DNA of 64,000 bases from Okamejei kenojei (taxonomy: Eukaryota): positions 11,346,001-11,410,000 of the forward strand of contig CM069148.1 of assembly GCA_035221665.1 (NCBI GenBank). Direction: 5' to 3'. Shown one piece after another: positions 38,540 to 51,301 of this stretch. The position numbers were made by a program, and so were the translations under genes. Position 1 is the stretch's first letter; every line of letters begins with the position of its first letter. Under the pieces are notes generated by a model. The model worked only from the letters and a program-made list of their open reading frames with translations, made no database searches and was not told where the DNA came from.

Positions 38540-39600
38540 GGACTTCACGTGCTTTTTTTTAAAAAAGCCTTTCAAAAAATTCTACACAAATGTTCCCGGC
38601 TCTCTCTGTTTCTGCATTCAATTTAAAATTGTATCATTTTCATAAAATTGTGTTTTCATATTCATTCAAACAATAAATCTCTCTTTAAAGTGTTGGTGAA
38701 TCTCATTTGACATATGTTTATCCATTTCACCAGTCTATAACCATGTCTTTCTAATGCCAATTATTATTGCCCTCATTGTTTATTACATGCCCAAATTTAG
38801 TCTCAATTATTTCCAGATCATTAAAATGAATCAAAAACAACAGTGTCCCCGTTACTGACCCAGAGGGAACATTAAAGCACACCTTTTTTGTGTCTGAAAA
38901 ACAATAGTTCACAACTCCTCTCTGCTTTCTATACCCTAGACAATTTTGTAACCATGCTGCCACATGCCTTTAATTACTTGGGTATTAATTTTAGTAGGTT
39001 TATTTTACCATAATTTATCATTGTAAATCCAAATATCAACCCGTTACAGTATTTCCTCAAAGATCTTAATCCAAAATCACATCCCAATTCTGGTCTTTAA
39101 AATTTACAATACTACCAACTTTAGGCTGCAGTTGACAGGTTTAATCCTCTCTTTTTTCACATTTCGGGGGAAAAAGATAGGATCACCAAACATAAAAAAG
39201 AGATATAGAAAATTTCAGACTGGGCCTCTAAACTTCTACTATTGTTCTCCAAAGTTACATAGGATGAATCCCAAAAAGACCAAGTGATTATTGTTCTCCC
39301 TTTGACGTCATTTAAGCACCTCCGTGTTATCCTACCCAATACTGTAACCACCTCCTCCATTAGCAATATTCTCTTCTCTACTTAAGACAGATGCAACATG
39401 CTTGGTTGGCACATTAGCAACACTTTCTGCCTCCATTACAATATCTTATATGTTGTCCCTAATTGTTTCCTCTGTTCCATTGACTAACTTTTATTCTCTG
39501 TGTGTTCTTAAAAGATTCTGATTTTTTGCCAATCTCCCTTATGCCAAATCTGCCCTTTTTGATTCATTTTTAAATCTTCTCAGTACATTTTATTTTTGTG
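38540..39600 (-). mobile_element. Old degenerate CR1
   Basis: ORF 38751..38963 with WLQNCLGYRKQRGVV and VPSGSVTGTLLFLIHFNDL. Confidence 0.75.
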
Positions 39601-41152
39601 GCCCCATGAATTTTAACATTACGAAATACATACATGCAGTGTGCATTACAAACATTTACCCCAAAAACCACAAAGTGAACACACTTCACCTCCAGAAAAA
39701 AAAATCAATTTACTTGAATATATTTTAACCACCAATAAAGCAGTTTGACAAATTTTTGGTGAATGTTAACTGTTAATAGTTAGAGGATAAATGTGTTCTT
39801 AACATTTTGAAAAAAATAAGTGTGAATAATTTTTCAAAATGAAACATCTCCATTTTAAATAATTATCACCTTCTTTATTAGATTACCACCCCACATTCCC
39901 ACGGAGAATTTTAAGTGTTAATATATGGGATAAAATGTGTTAATGGAGAGGGGCAGAATTCATTTCCAACATATGTAAGTTGTGCAATGAACAGATGATT
40001 TTCTATATGTTAAATCACACAGAATCTTTCTAATTATTATTTTCTCAGTAAAAGCACAATATGAAGTTTGAAATGCTGCAGAATTTCTGCCATTTTAGCA
40101 CACGAATGAATTGTGAAAGGAACACATAATGTTTCTGTTTATTCCTATCCCCCTCATTTAAATAAGGATTTTTGTTAAGAATATGAATAGTTTCCAAGCA
40201 CTGTCAGGACAAACTCACAATACCAATCCTCAAAAAAGTACTCGAGTTTATAAAGATTTATACTGGGAATGTAATCTCTGTGATTGTAATTGATTTTCAA
40301 TATTTGTTTCAAATACTTTTCAAATATTTGTTTTATTTGCTTTCTTTTTACCTCAGAAAAAAACAATCCAGCTACTCTATCAAAATGATTTTGTATCCTG
40401 GCTGTTTGTATCAACAAGATTGTTAGATTGCTGCCAATTCTTGTGTAGTGGATTGGTGCCTACGTAAGCTGAATTGAGAGAAAGCCTATGTTCTTTTATT
40501 CATGACAGCCATGATGGAGAACATCATCTGTTCATTTCTATTTGAGCTGAATGATAGGTCACAGAGTTAAAAGGATGATGCTTCAATGTGTTGTACCAGT
40601 TCCTAAACCATTCTTCTAACAAGCAACAGTTGGCAACTAAACAGATGAACATCAGCGTATGTTATTCATACTGCAGTGAAAAGCAAATCTTAGTAAGACT
40701 AAGTTATTGTTTCTACAAACTGGGTACATTGACCAATGAAGGTTTAACAAGTAAAATTCCCCATTAAACAAAACTATAATCCAGAAAATCTATTTTCAAG
40801 AGTAATTTAAAGAAACTTCAGAAAATTAGAGAGTAAGTCCGTTTTTGAAAAACTTGATGTCTTTCTTTCAAATAAAGATATACTGGAAACTTTCCTCTGG
40901 GAAGGAAAACTGCAAGACAACTAAACGGAATAATTGATCCTGAAGCAATTAATCGCCACCAACAATTCTTAACAAGCTCCAGATGGAGTCACACGTTCAT
41001 CATTATCCTTTCCCCACTAGCCCTGAACCAGACAGCTTATAATTTCTGTTTTCCAAGCAGGGTTCAGACTGCATAGCCTCTTCATTAAAAATCATTTTCA
41101 CTGAGAGTCATTTTTTTGCTCTCCACCCGCTTTCACCCATCCTAATTTATCT

Positions 41153-41251
41153 GAATTAGTTTGAAGAAGGGTCTCGCCCCAAAACATCGGCCATTCCTTT
41201 TCTCCAGAGATGCTGCCTCACCCTCTGAGTTACTCCAGCATTTTGTGTCCA
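41153..41251 (+). mobile_element. PLE pLTR-derived short element with 12-bp TSD
   Basis: cctaatttatct at 41141-41152 and 41252-41263 flank gaagaagggtctcg..gatgctgcc..ctccagcattttgtgtc. Confidence 0.85.
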
Positions 41252-41269
41252 CCTAATTTATCTCAGTAT

Positions 41270-41775
41270 TTTTCTGAAGACCACATGCATGTCATTTCCC
41301 CTCACCAGAGTTTACTATTTCTCCACACGTTTGCTGGTACCCTTCTCCACCAATCTAAAAATTTCAGTTCATAAAAATTCTGCGGTTATGTTTTTCCTCA
41401 TTCAGAACCTCTGTCTTACGTCTCAATATTGATTCCTGGTCCTCTTTATATGCATGCTTGAAATTTCTTATTTTCCTAAATCATTTAAGGGCCTGACCCA
41501 TTATTTTTCATCAATCTCCTCCTATCACCTAATGGCTCCCAAATCTTCTGAAACCCCAATAACCTTTGACCACCATTAATATCAATCCGTCCAGAGCCCG
41601 ACTTTTACACTCTGGAATATCATCCCAAAAAACTCAATTTTCTTTGCATTTCTTGGAACACTGAAGCTTTTGGGTGCTGCTCCCCAAATCTCTTCCATTG
41701 ACTGCCTTTATGTTTTGATTATGCCTCGGTGAAGTGTTTTGGGACATTTTTCACTACGTAAACATAAGCTGCTTC
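41270..41775 (+). mobile_element. Degenerate L2-like 3' region
   Basis: actctggaat..gtgaagtgttttgggacatttttcactacgtaaa resembles an L2 tail. Confidence 0.5.
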
Positions 41776-42129
41776 TGAATCCCTAACCAATATCCAGCTC
41801 CTAATTAATAATTAACCTTCCTATAACAAATGGCTTGTTAAATCACAAAAAAAAACAAAAAACAAACTCAAAAGCAGGATTTTGCTGTTTCATAGCAGTC
41901 CACTAATAAATTAGGAAGGACGAATAGAGATTCACCATTGAATGAGGTCACCAGGCTGCCTGCAAATACATTCAACAATGCAAATATGTATTAAAAAAAA
42001 AGATTTCCTACAATGCATTTTTATTTTTGATTTCTAGGCTTTTTTTTTAAACAAAGTCAACTTAACTGCTGAATAATATAAACATAACAAGGAGCAGAAA
42101 TGTTAACAATTGTAGTCTTATGATATAAT

Positions 42130-43140
42130 TTACTAAATTCATAAGTTTGCAGAGGACACAAAGATTGGTGGTGTTGTGGACAGTGAAGAAGAATGTTAAG
42201 GCAGTGAAAAAGCAGGATGTAGATTGGTTACAGATATGGCCGAAGAAATGACAGATGGAGTTCAATTGTGAGGTGTTGCATTTTGGGAAGTTTAGTGTCA
42301 GGGGAACGTATAGTTAATGGTAGGATCCTTGACAGCATTGAGGTACAGAGTGATCATGGGCTCCAAGTCCACAGCTCTCTAAAACTAGCAACACGAGTGG
42401 ATAGAGTGGTAAAGGAAGCATATAGTTTGCTTACATTCAGGGTATTGAGTATAAGAATCAGTCAGTCATATTGCATCTATGCAAAACTTTGGTTGAGCCA
42501 TATTTGGAGTATTGTGAGTAATTGGTCGTCCCATTACAAGAATAATGTGGAGGCTTTGGGGAGGGTGTAGAAAAGGCTTATCAGGATGCTGCCTGGATTA
42601 GAGAGTATGAGCTATAATGATAGGTTGGACAAACTTGTTTTCTTTGGAGTGTCAGATGTTGAGTGGGAGACCTGATGAAAGTTTGTGAAATTATGGGAGG
42701 CATCGAAAGGGTAGACAGTCAGAAGATAGACACAAAAAGCTGGAGTAGCTCAGCGGGACGGGCAGCATCTCTGGAGAGAAGGAATGGGTGACGTTTCAGG
42801 TCGGGACCCTTCTTCAGTCAGAATATTTTTTCCTGGCTGGAAATGTCAAATACTATAGGGCATAGCTTTAAGGAGGGAGAAAATTTTGAAGATGTGTGGA
42901 GCAAGGTTTTTTTTCCACAAAAAGGGGTGGCAGGTGCCTGGAGCACATTGCCAAGAATGATGGTGGAAGTAGCTACGATCTTGGCGTTGAAGAGTCTTTT
43001 AGATAAACACATGAATGTGCAGGGAATGGTGGCATATGGATCATGTGCAAGCAGAAGGAAATTAATTTTCACATTATGTTCGGTACAGACATCATGGTCC
43101 AAAGAGCCTATCCCTGTGCTGTTCTGTTCGGTGTTCTTTG
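42130..43140 (+). mobile_element. CR1 LINE, 5'-truncated, interrupted at 42725-42814
   Basis: aagtttgcagaggacacaaagattggtgg (KFA.DTKIG), RVDRVVKEAY and AWSTLPRMMVE motifs. Confidence 0.9.
42725..42814 (-). mobile_element. PLE pLTR-derived short element with 9-bp TSD, inside a CR1
   Basis: cagtcagaa at 42716-42724 and 42815-42823. Confidence 0.85.
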
Positions 43141-43164
43141 TACAAAGTACTGATAATCTATTCA

Positions 43165-44720
43165 CCAGACTGGGCGATCAAACCTGCCGACAAGGGAGGT
43201 GCCATGGTAGTCTGGCACGCTGATCTCTACAAGGCTGAGGCCACGCGCCAACTCTCAGACACCTCCTCCTATTTATCCTTAGACCATGACCCCACAGATG
43301 AGCACCAGGCCACTATCTCTAGCACTATCACTGACTAAATCACTTCCGACTCCCTGCCCTCCCAAGCCTCCAAACTCATCGTTCCCCAGCCCCGCATGGC
43401 CCGATTTTACCTTCTCCCCAAAATCCACAAACCTGGCTGTCCTGGCAGATCTGTTATTTCTGCCTGTTCGTGTCCTACCAAAGTTATTTCCACATACCTC
43501 GTTCCATCCTATCCCCCCTGGTTAAATCCCTCCCTCCCTATGTTCAAGACACCTCACACGCTCTTCGTCTACTCCAGGACTTCCGTTCTCTACGCCCCCA
43601 TTCCCTCATCTGACATCCACTATAAACCCACTGACTACCATGGCTATCTGGACTACACTTCTTCCCATCCTGCTTCCTGTAAGGACTCCATCCCCTACTC
43701 CCAATTCCTCCATTTATGCTGCATCTGCACCCAGGATGAGGTGTTCCACATCAGGGCATCGGAGATGTCCTCATTCTTCAGGGAATGGAGGTTCCCCCTT
43801 CTACTATAGATGAAGCTCTCACCAGTGTCTCTTCTAAAACCCAAAACTCTGCTCTCACTCCATATCCCCCCACTCGTAACAAGGGCAGAGTCCCCCTTGT
43901 CCTCACCTTCCACCCATCACCTACAAGAAATAATCCTCCGACATTTTCGCCACCTCGAATGGGATCCCACCGCTGGCCACATTTTCCCATCTCCTCCCCT
44001 GTCTGCTTTCCGCAGAGACTGCTCCCTTCGTAACTCCCTGGTTAATTCGTCCCTTCCCACCCAAACCACCCCCTCTCCTGGCATTTTCCCTTGCAACCGC
44101 AGGAAATGCTACACATGTCGCTTTACCTCTCCCCTTGACTCCATTCAAGGACCCAAGCAGTCTTCCCAGGTGCGGCAGAGGTTCACCTGCACCTCCTCCA
44201 ACTTCATTTATTGCATCCGCTGCTCTAGGTGTCTGCTGCTCTACATCGGTGAGACCAAGCGAAGGCTTGGCGATCGCTTCGCCCAACACCTGCGCTCGGT
44301 TCGCATTAACCTGCCTGATCTCTCGGTGGCTCAGCACTTCAATTCCCCCTTCCATTCCGAATCCGACCTTTCTGTCCTGGGCCTCCTCCATGGCCAGAGT
44401 GAGGACCACCGTAAATTGGAGGAGCCGCACCTCATATTTCGCTTGAGCAGTTTGCACCCCAGTGGTATGAACATTGACTTCTCTAATTTCAGGTAGTCCC
44501 TGCTTTCTCCTCCCCTTCTCAGCTCTCCCTCAGCCCACTGTCTCCGCCTCTTCCTTTCTTCTTCCCGCCCTCCCCCACCACCCTCACATCAGTCTGAAGA
44601 GAGTCTCAACCTGAAACGTTGCCTGTTTCCTTCACTCCATAGATGCTGCCTCACCTGCTGAGTTTCTCCAGCATTTTTGTCTACCTTCGATTTTCCAGCA
44701 TCTGACGTTCCTTCTTAAAC
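43165..44720 (+). mobile_element. Penelope-like element (Neptune type), 5'-truncated and internally deleted, GIY-YIG frame open
   Basis: IKPADKGGA, FYLLPKIHK, YKPTD..YLDYTSSHP and IYCIRC..LYIGETKRRLGDRF..H motifs; 13-bp TSD gataatctattca at 43152-43164 and 44721-44733. Confidence 0.95.
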
Positions 44721-45408
44721 GATAATCTATTCAGTATACCTCACAAAGATAAAATGTCATTTATGAATTGTTTTATGTAAAATTGCAATAGTATACAGTT
44801 TGTCTTTTGGAGATTATTCAACATGAGCTCTGCTTCTAGGAATTTTATTTGCATGGGCCCTGCATCCAGCTTGCATTAAGTTTGTCTGACAATTCATGTA
44901 AGTAGCCATAGGTAAAATAAATAGATCAATCTACAGAAGAACTCAGAATCTTTTGATGTTTGACTAGGTTGAAGAAACCCTACAAATTCAGGTTATTGCT
45001 ACACTACTTCCACAATTGCTGAGCACAACATGCATTCAATAATGTGCAATGGCAATATAGATTAAAGATTCCGGTTTTGCACTGCATCATCTTCATCCTC
45101 ATTTCAGTTTAGAGTCTGTATAATAGCGGTAACAGAATAATTTGAATACCTTCAAAACTGATGAATAACTTTTGGGAAAAATGCACTCTGAGGCAGCTCC
45201 TGGCAGTCAGCCAATTTGCAGAAGATTTAACCTTAAAGGCTCCTAATAAATAGAGGCGATAAATGAGGAGGCAGGGTGCAGTGGTTATTAGATGAAACAC
45301 AAATCAACAAGCAAATCAAGGACAGTGAATGAGTGTTGTGGAGCATACTAATCAAGTTGTACACTGCAAAGTGGACTGGTGAAACACTGTAGTGGTGACT
45401 CAATTGTT

Positions 45409-45479
45409 ATCCGTTTCCAACTATGCTTGCTCCTCTCCTCCCAATCCGTTTTCCAACTATGCTTGCTCCTCTCCTCCCA
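45409..45479. repeat. 35/36-bp tandem duplication at the 5' junction of a CR1
   Basis: atccgttt(t)ccaactatgcttgctcctctcctccca twice. Confidence 0.9.
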
Positions 45480-45481
45480 AT

Positions 45482-46714
45482 GATGTAACTAGTAGCGTGG
45501 ATAAGGGAGAACCAGTGGATGTGGTATATCTGGACTTCCAGAAGGCTTTCGACAAGGTCCCACATAAGAGATTAGTATACAAACTTAAAGCATACGGTAT
45601 TAGGGGTTCAGTATTGATGTGGATAGAGAACTGGCTGGCAAACAGGAAGCAAAGAGTAGGAGTAAACGGGTCCTTTTCACAATGGCAGGCAGTAACTAGT
45701 GGGGTACCGCAGGGCTCAGTGCTGGGACCCCAGCTATTTACAATATATATTAATGATCTGGATGAGGGAATTGAAGGCAATATCTCCAAGTTTGCGGATG
45801 ACACTAAGCTGGGGCAGTGTTCGCTGTGAGGAGGATGCTAGGAGACTGCAAGGTGACTTGGATAGGCTGGGTGAGTGGGCAAATGTTTGGCAGATGCAGT
45901 ATAATGTGGATAAATGTGAGGTTATCCACTTTGGTGGCAAAAACAGGACTATTATTTAAATGGTGGCCGATTAGGAAAAGGGGAGATGCAGCGAGACCTG
46001 GGTGTCATGGTACACCAGTCATTGAAAGTAGGCATGCAGGTGCAGCAGGCAGTGAAAAAAGCGAATGGTATGTTAGCTTTCATAGCAAAAGGATTTGAGT
46101 ACAGGAGCAGGGAGGTTCTACTTCAGTTGTACAGGGTCTTGGTGAGACCACACCTGGAGTATTGCGTGCAGTTTTGGTCTCCAAATCTGAGGAAGGACAT
46201 TATTGCCATAGAGGGAGTGCAGAGAAGGTTCACCAGACTGATTCCTGGGATGTCAGGACTGTCTTATGAAGAAAGAGTGGATAGACTCGGTTTATACTCT
46301 CTGGAATTTAGGAGATTAAGAGGGGATCTTATAGAAACTTACAAAATTCTTAAGGGGTTGGACAGGCTAGATGCAGGAAGATTGTTCCCGATGTTGGGGA
46401 AGTCCAGGACAAGGGGTCACAGCTTAAGGATAAGGGGGAAATCCTTTAAGACCGAGATGAGAAAGACTTTTTTCACACAGAGAGTGGTGAGTCTCTGGAA
46501 CTCTCTGCCACAGAGGGTAGTTGAGGCCAGTTCATTGGCTATATTTAAGAGTGAGTTGGATGTGGCCCTTGTGGCTAAGGGGATCAGAGGGTATGGAGAG
46601 AAGGCAGGTACGGGATACTGAGTTGGATGATCAGCCATGATCATATTGAATGGCAGTGCAGGCTCGAAGGGCTGAATGGCCTACTCCTGCACCTAATTTC
46701 TATGTTTCTATGTT
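45482..46714 (+). mobile_element. Relatively young CR1 LINE, 5'-truncated
   Basis: [33 protein letters not shown], an open 211-aa C-terminal ORF, and a (tttctatg)n tail. Confidence 0.97.
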
Positions 46715-46805
46715 AATCCCTCCTTCAATATATAATAATTTGGGAGTTGGATGACCTCAGGATGAATTGGGCAAAAAAAAGCTCAACTGCCACTGTCAAG
46801 TGGTA

Positions 46806-46955
46806 AAAAGAACTGCAGATGCTTGTTTACACCGAAGATAGACACAGAATGTTGGAGTTACTCATCAGTCAGGCAGCATCTCTGGAGAAAGGAATAGGTT
46901 TTGGATTGAGTTCCTTCATCAGACGCTGATTATTCCAGCATTTTACGTCTATCTT
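46806..46955. mobile_element. PLE pLTR-derived element with 15-bp TSD
   Basis: cactgt(c/t)aagtggta at 46791-46805 and 46956-46970. Confidence 0.85.
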
Positions 46956-47594
46956 CACTGTTAAGTGGTAGCTGATGTGACTTCAGTACACAGGAAATAG
47001 ATTAAAACCAAGTCACTCCCAGCAAGGATCTTCAGAAGATCACAGCTTCACTAGAGCAGAATTCATCCTCGATTACCCCCATTAACACTTGAAACTAGAT
47101 ATCATCAAATCAATTTTGCTCGCCTCCGTGACCGTCCACAATTATAATGTTCCTCGACCTTTTGTATTAATCAAATTGGTGATAGGCATAATCGTTTACT
47201 TGCTCGTCCAGTCACACAAGGTACAGAAGCAATTCTTAAGACTGGCAGGAGAAGAAAGCACAGGTAATTTGTCACAAAGTTACATTTCACATTAAAATTA
47301 CCATCTCTTGTGTTTCCTCTTGAAAATAAACAAAATTCCCTTTAATACATCGACATTGTTATGGATTCCAAATTTAAAGCAAACTCCATTTAGTCCTATA
47401 AACTCAATCAAAGCTATAAATAGAAAACAATAGAAAAGTAATATGAAAAATCTGGCCGATATACCCAGAGTATCGACAACAGATTACTATACAATAAAAA
47501 TCTTTTGCAAGTACAAAGACATATTTGAATGCAATTGTGTTAAAGCATTATCATGATCATGAAACAACTATATCTGCTGCACTTAATATCAATT

Positions 47595-47820
47595 TAGAGA
47601 TTTAGATTTTAGACAATAGGTACAGGAGTAGGCCATTCGGCCCTTCAAGCCAGTAGGCCATTCGGCATTCAATGTGATCATGGCTGATCATCCCAAATCT
47701 GTACCCCGTTCCTGCCTTCTCCCCATATCCCCTGACTCCGTTATCTTTAAGAGCCCTATCTAGCTCTCTTTTGAAAGTATCAAGAAAAGTATCTTGAAAG
47801 TATCAACTCTCTTGAAAGTT
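47595..47820 (-). mobile_element. CR1 3' tail with small junction duplications
   Basis: aggagtaggccattcggccc..tggctgatcatcc; agtaggccattcggc twice and ttgaaagt three times. Confidence 0.85.
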
Positions 47821-47885
47821 TTGGGCAACATAATATCATAATGGGCAACATAAAGCTCTCACCAGAGCTCAAGTGAGGCACCTAC

Positions 47886-48028
47886 CTAAATTCAGCAGCT
47901 GCTAAATCCAGGGGAACTTCATCAGGTTGGAAAAAGCTGTGGCAGTTGACCGAGTGCTGAAGTTCGGGACTCATTGTTTTAGAAACATCGTAATAATGGC
48001 CAAATCTTGAGGAGGATGTCAAAGCTGT
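47886..48028 (-). CDS. ELP4: ELP4 coding exon (equivalent to exon 5), 143 bp, phase 0/2
   Basis: Acceptor ctcttcacttgacag|, donor |gtaggt. Translates TALTSSSRFGHYYDVSKTMSPELQHSVNCHSFFQPDEVPLDLAAAEF plus AG, completed by the T of the next exon; contains the SSSRFGHYYD motif. Confidence 0.96.
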
Positions 48029-51000
48029 CTGTCAAGTGAAGAGCAACACTTTAAAAGTCATGTGGAAATCATTCAAAATGTAGTTAATTGAATGCGAGGG
48101 AAATGTCATGATGGAATATTTAGAAGCAAATTCTTAGCTTTCCATTGTATAAACGCTATACTCCATTATGTTGAATATTGGTTTCACAATATCAGAACCA
48201 CAAAAAAACTAATAATCATTATAGTAATCATGGCAATGTAGAACATTTACTGGTTTTACTCGAGATTGCTTTGTATTGGGTTGAGACCAGAAATGGTGAT
48301 ATTCTGGGTGGAATTAGCAGAACTGTCTCAGTCTGCCAGAGCTGAAAATGCAAATTATGTCACTGAACTGAGGATTGTCATACACAACTGCCAAACACGA
48401 TGGGCGTAATTTTAGAAGATGTCATTCTTGCCTGAAAGAGAATACTGTGGGTTCACAGCCTGCTCCATTGATATACGGTAAGCAAAACATCTGGATAAAA
48501 CTGGCCAAGAAAAGATTTTCTAAATTAGAAATGAAAGGAAGCTGGTCTGCCCCTTCAGGTGAATGAAAAATATTCTGCAGCTCTATTTCGAATGAATTCA
48601 GAGAGTTTGCACAATTTAGATAGCCAATCCTCACCTATTGTAAGTTTATGGCACCTCCTGATGAACCAATTAACTCTCACCTTTCCTACAGTATTTCACG
48701 ATTACACCCAGAAACAACTTCATTGGCTGCAAAGCGATCTTGAAAATGTTATAAGGTTGTGAAATATGCAATATAAATGTAAGAGCTTCCTTGTAACCAG
48801 TTCGCCCATTGGTAGAGGTGTGGGCAGAGATGAGACGCAATCCTGTGTATGTGAAAAAACTAGTGGAACTTGCTGTCCTGTATCTCAAATGCAACAAAAC
48901 AAGATGGGTTACAGATGTGACTCGGCCCTGAGCATCGAGAGAGCTTCTTAAAGCAACTGACATAAGCCTTCAAAAATAAAATCACAAAACCTAATGGTTG
49001 GTTGTGTAGGATATTCAGAGTTTTAAGACAGAAATCGTACATTAGAAGACTAGCAATATTTTGTATCAATTGACATGTATTGTTTCAAGAGTGTTTCAAG
49101 TAAAAATAATGTGCAAGAGAAATAAGTAACTACTTAAATAGTAATTCTACCAGTAGATTCTACTAGTAGGTTCTGAATAACATTATCTTCTGAATTCATA
49201 CTTATTTCTTCACTATTGCAGTATCAATACAGAACATATATCCATGCTTTTCAGCAAGAAATGCTGTTATAGACAACCCAGCAGAGTGAACTTATTGACT
49301 TATTGTAGTGCAAGCTCTGAAAACAATTTATATTGCAGTTGTCCTTTGGGCTGTATAATCTGCCCTTTATCTGGATTACCCATCACAATGTTTTTATTGC
49401 ATTCTCTGCTAGAGCTCATCTTTTCATTGTGTACATCCTAGTCTCCTCAACATTTTAGCAAGGCCCTGACTAACTGAACTTTGATCTGATGTCTTCATTC
49501 AGGAAAGCACCAGGTAGTCTATTTCAGATGCAAATCCTCACTGAGGCCCCAATAGTGATTTCTAAGACAGCAAAGAGAAGAAACAACATTTCCAGGACCC
49601 ACTCAGAGGATTCCAGGGCACACTGATGTCCTTAATCCACAACACTATATGGATTAAGGTGGAGGATAACTCTTTTTTTTTATTCACAATAAAGAGAACT
49701 GCTTCTACAAGCTGGGTGGGGACAGAACTTACTATAATAAAACAGTATGTAATAAAAGCATGTTCTGTGTTGGAGAATTGTGAATAGGCCTCACTTTACA
49801 AATTCCCAGGCCCTGTGGGAAGCTTGCCAAGGCCTACCTGAAATAACTAACTGAGCGTAATCTGGCTTAGTTGAACGGCTACGGCAGAGCTTTTCTTTGC
49901 TTAGAAGTTGCAAAGTTGATAAATTCATTATTAAAGGCAGTACTTGTGCTTGTCCCCCTCTGCTTCAGCATGGAAAGACTGGAAGAGAGGAACAGGCAGT
50001 AGCTGTCAGATAGCAGACTGCTGGCTTTCAGTCTACTGTCTGCTGCTAAATGTTTCTAATTGCAACACTAATGTGTTAGAAATCTCAGATTCAAGATGAA
50101 CCTAGGCAGAAAATTGATTTCATGCTGTGACAGCTTATATATTGCCCCAAGTACACAAACATGTCATTGAGAAGCTTTTGCATCCCACAATTTTGTTTAC
50201 AGATGAATTGCAGTTACTTTAGTAACCTGAGATAAAAAGACTTTTTTGGTTTTTAAGAGCTCCTGCAGAGTGGGCTACTAGTGGACATTTCTGCCTGCAT
50301 TATGGAGCCATCTGCAAGATAACAGTACAGCGCCTTTGCAATAAATGCCAGTGAATCATTCACGTTTCAAGAGCTTATTTAAATTTTAAACCTGACATTG
50401 CTTCTGATTTGTGCAACTATCTGTAGAAATAACTGGGACTTACAAGCGTGGGAGAACTGGTGGGCCTTAAGGGGGCTAGAGCCTGCGGTCATTTTATGTC
50501 ACTAGTACGTTATCTTCACAATGATTAGATTGCTATGACAATGAAGCCGATACATTCTCAAGTGCTTTCTTTACTCATTTAGCACATGGATAAGCAAGTC
50601 AATTGCTTGATTCAGTGCTTTCCAATTGACAGATCATACTACCTCTGTCAAATCTTGTTCAACCATATTTGATTCAGTAACGGGTTTTGTTGTCTTGTGG
50701 CAGTACATGGATTTTAGATGGAATAAATACAAACTAATATGCCTTTCACATTTTAACCCCATGACTTGTGTCCGAAAACCTCCATGAGGTATTTTTAAAA
50801 ATACCAGGAAAAAAAATACTTATATTTGCCAAAAACAAAATTTAAGAATGAAGACTCGCCAGTAGATATCTGGCAAAACATTATGTACAATTATGTATTG
50901 GTGTTGTAAAAAGTAATATTTTTAACTGAAACTGTTAGATATGGGCTGGGAAAAGTTTATTATGAAGTGGGTAAAGATATAAAACATTTAGGTTGAAATC

Positions 51001-51252
51001 TTTACGTAATCTCAAGCACTGTGAAACACCAAAGATCTTGCTTCAAAGTTGAAAAATATTATGACACAATAATCTCACAATCACTGTAAAATCTATTATA
51101 TATTTTTGAGGTGACATCAGGCAGTTCCACTCCACGGAGAAAAGTACAAATGGTGAAGGGAAAGCATGATGTACAACTGAGAGGCATTTCTGAGAAGCAC
51201 TGAGACAAAGGCAAACACTTTTCTTTAGATTATTAAGGATCCTGTGACAATT

Positions 51253-51301
51253 CATTTCTCTGTTAATTGTATTGAAACATTTCTCTGTTAATTGTATTGA
51301 A
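51253..51301. repeat. Perfect 25-bp tandem duplication
   Basis: catttctctgttaattgtattgaa(a) twice. Confidence 0.95.
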
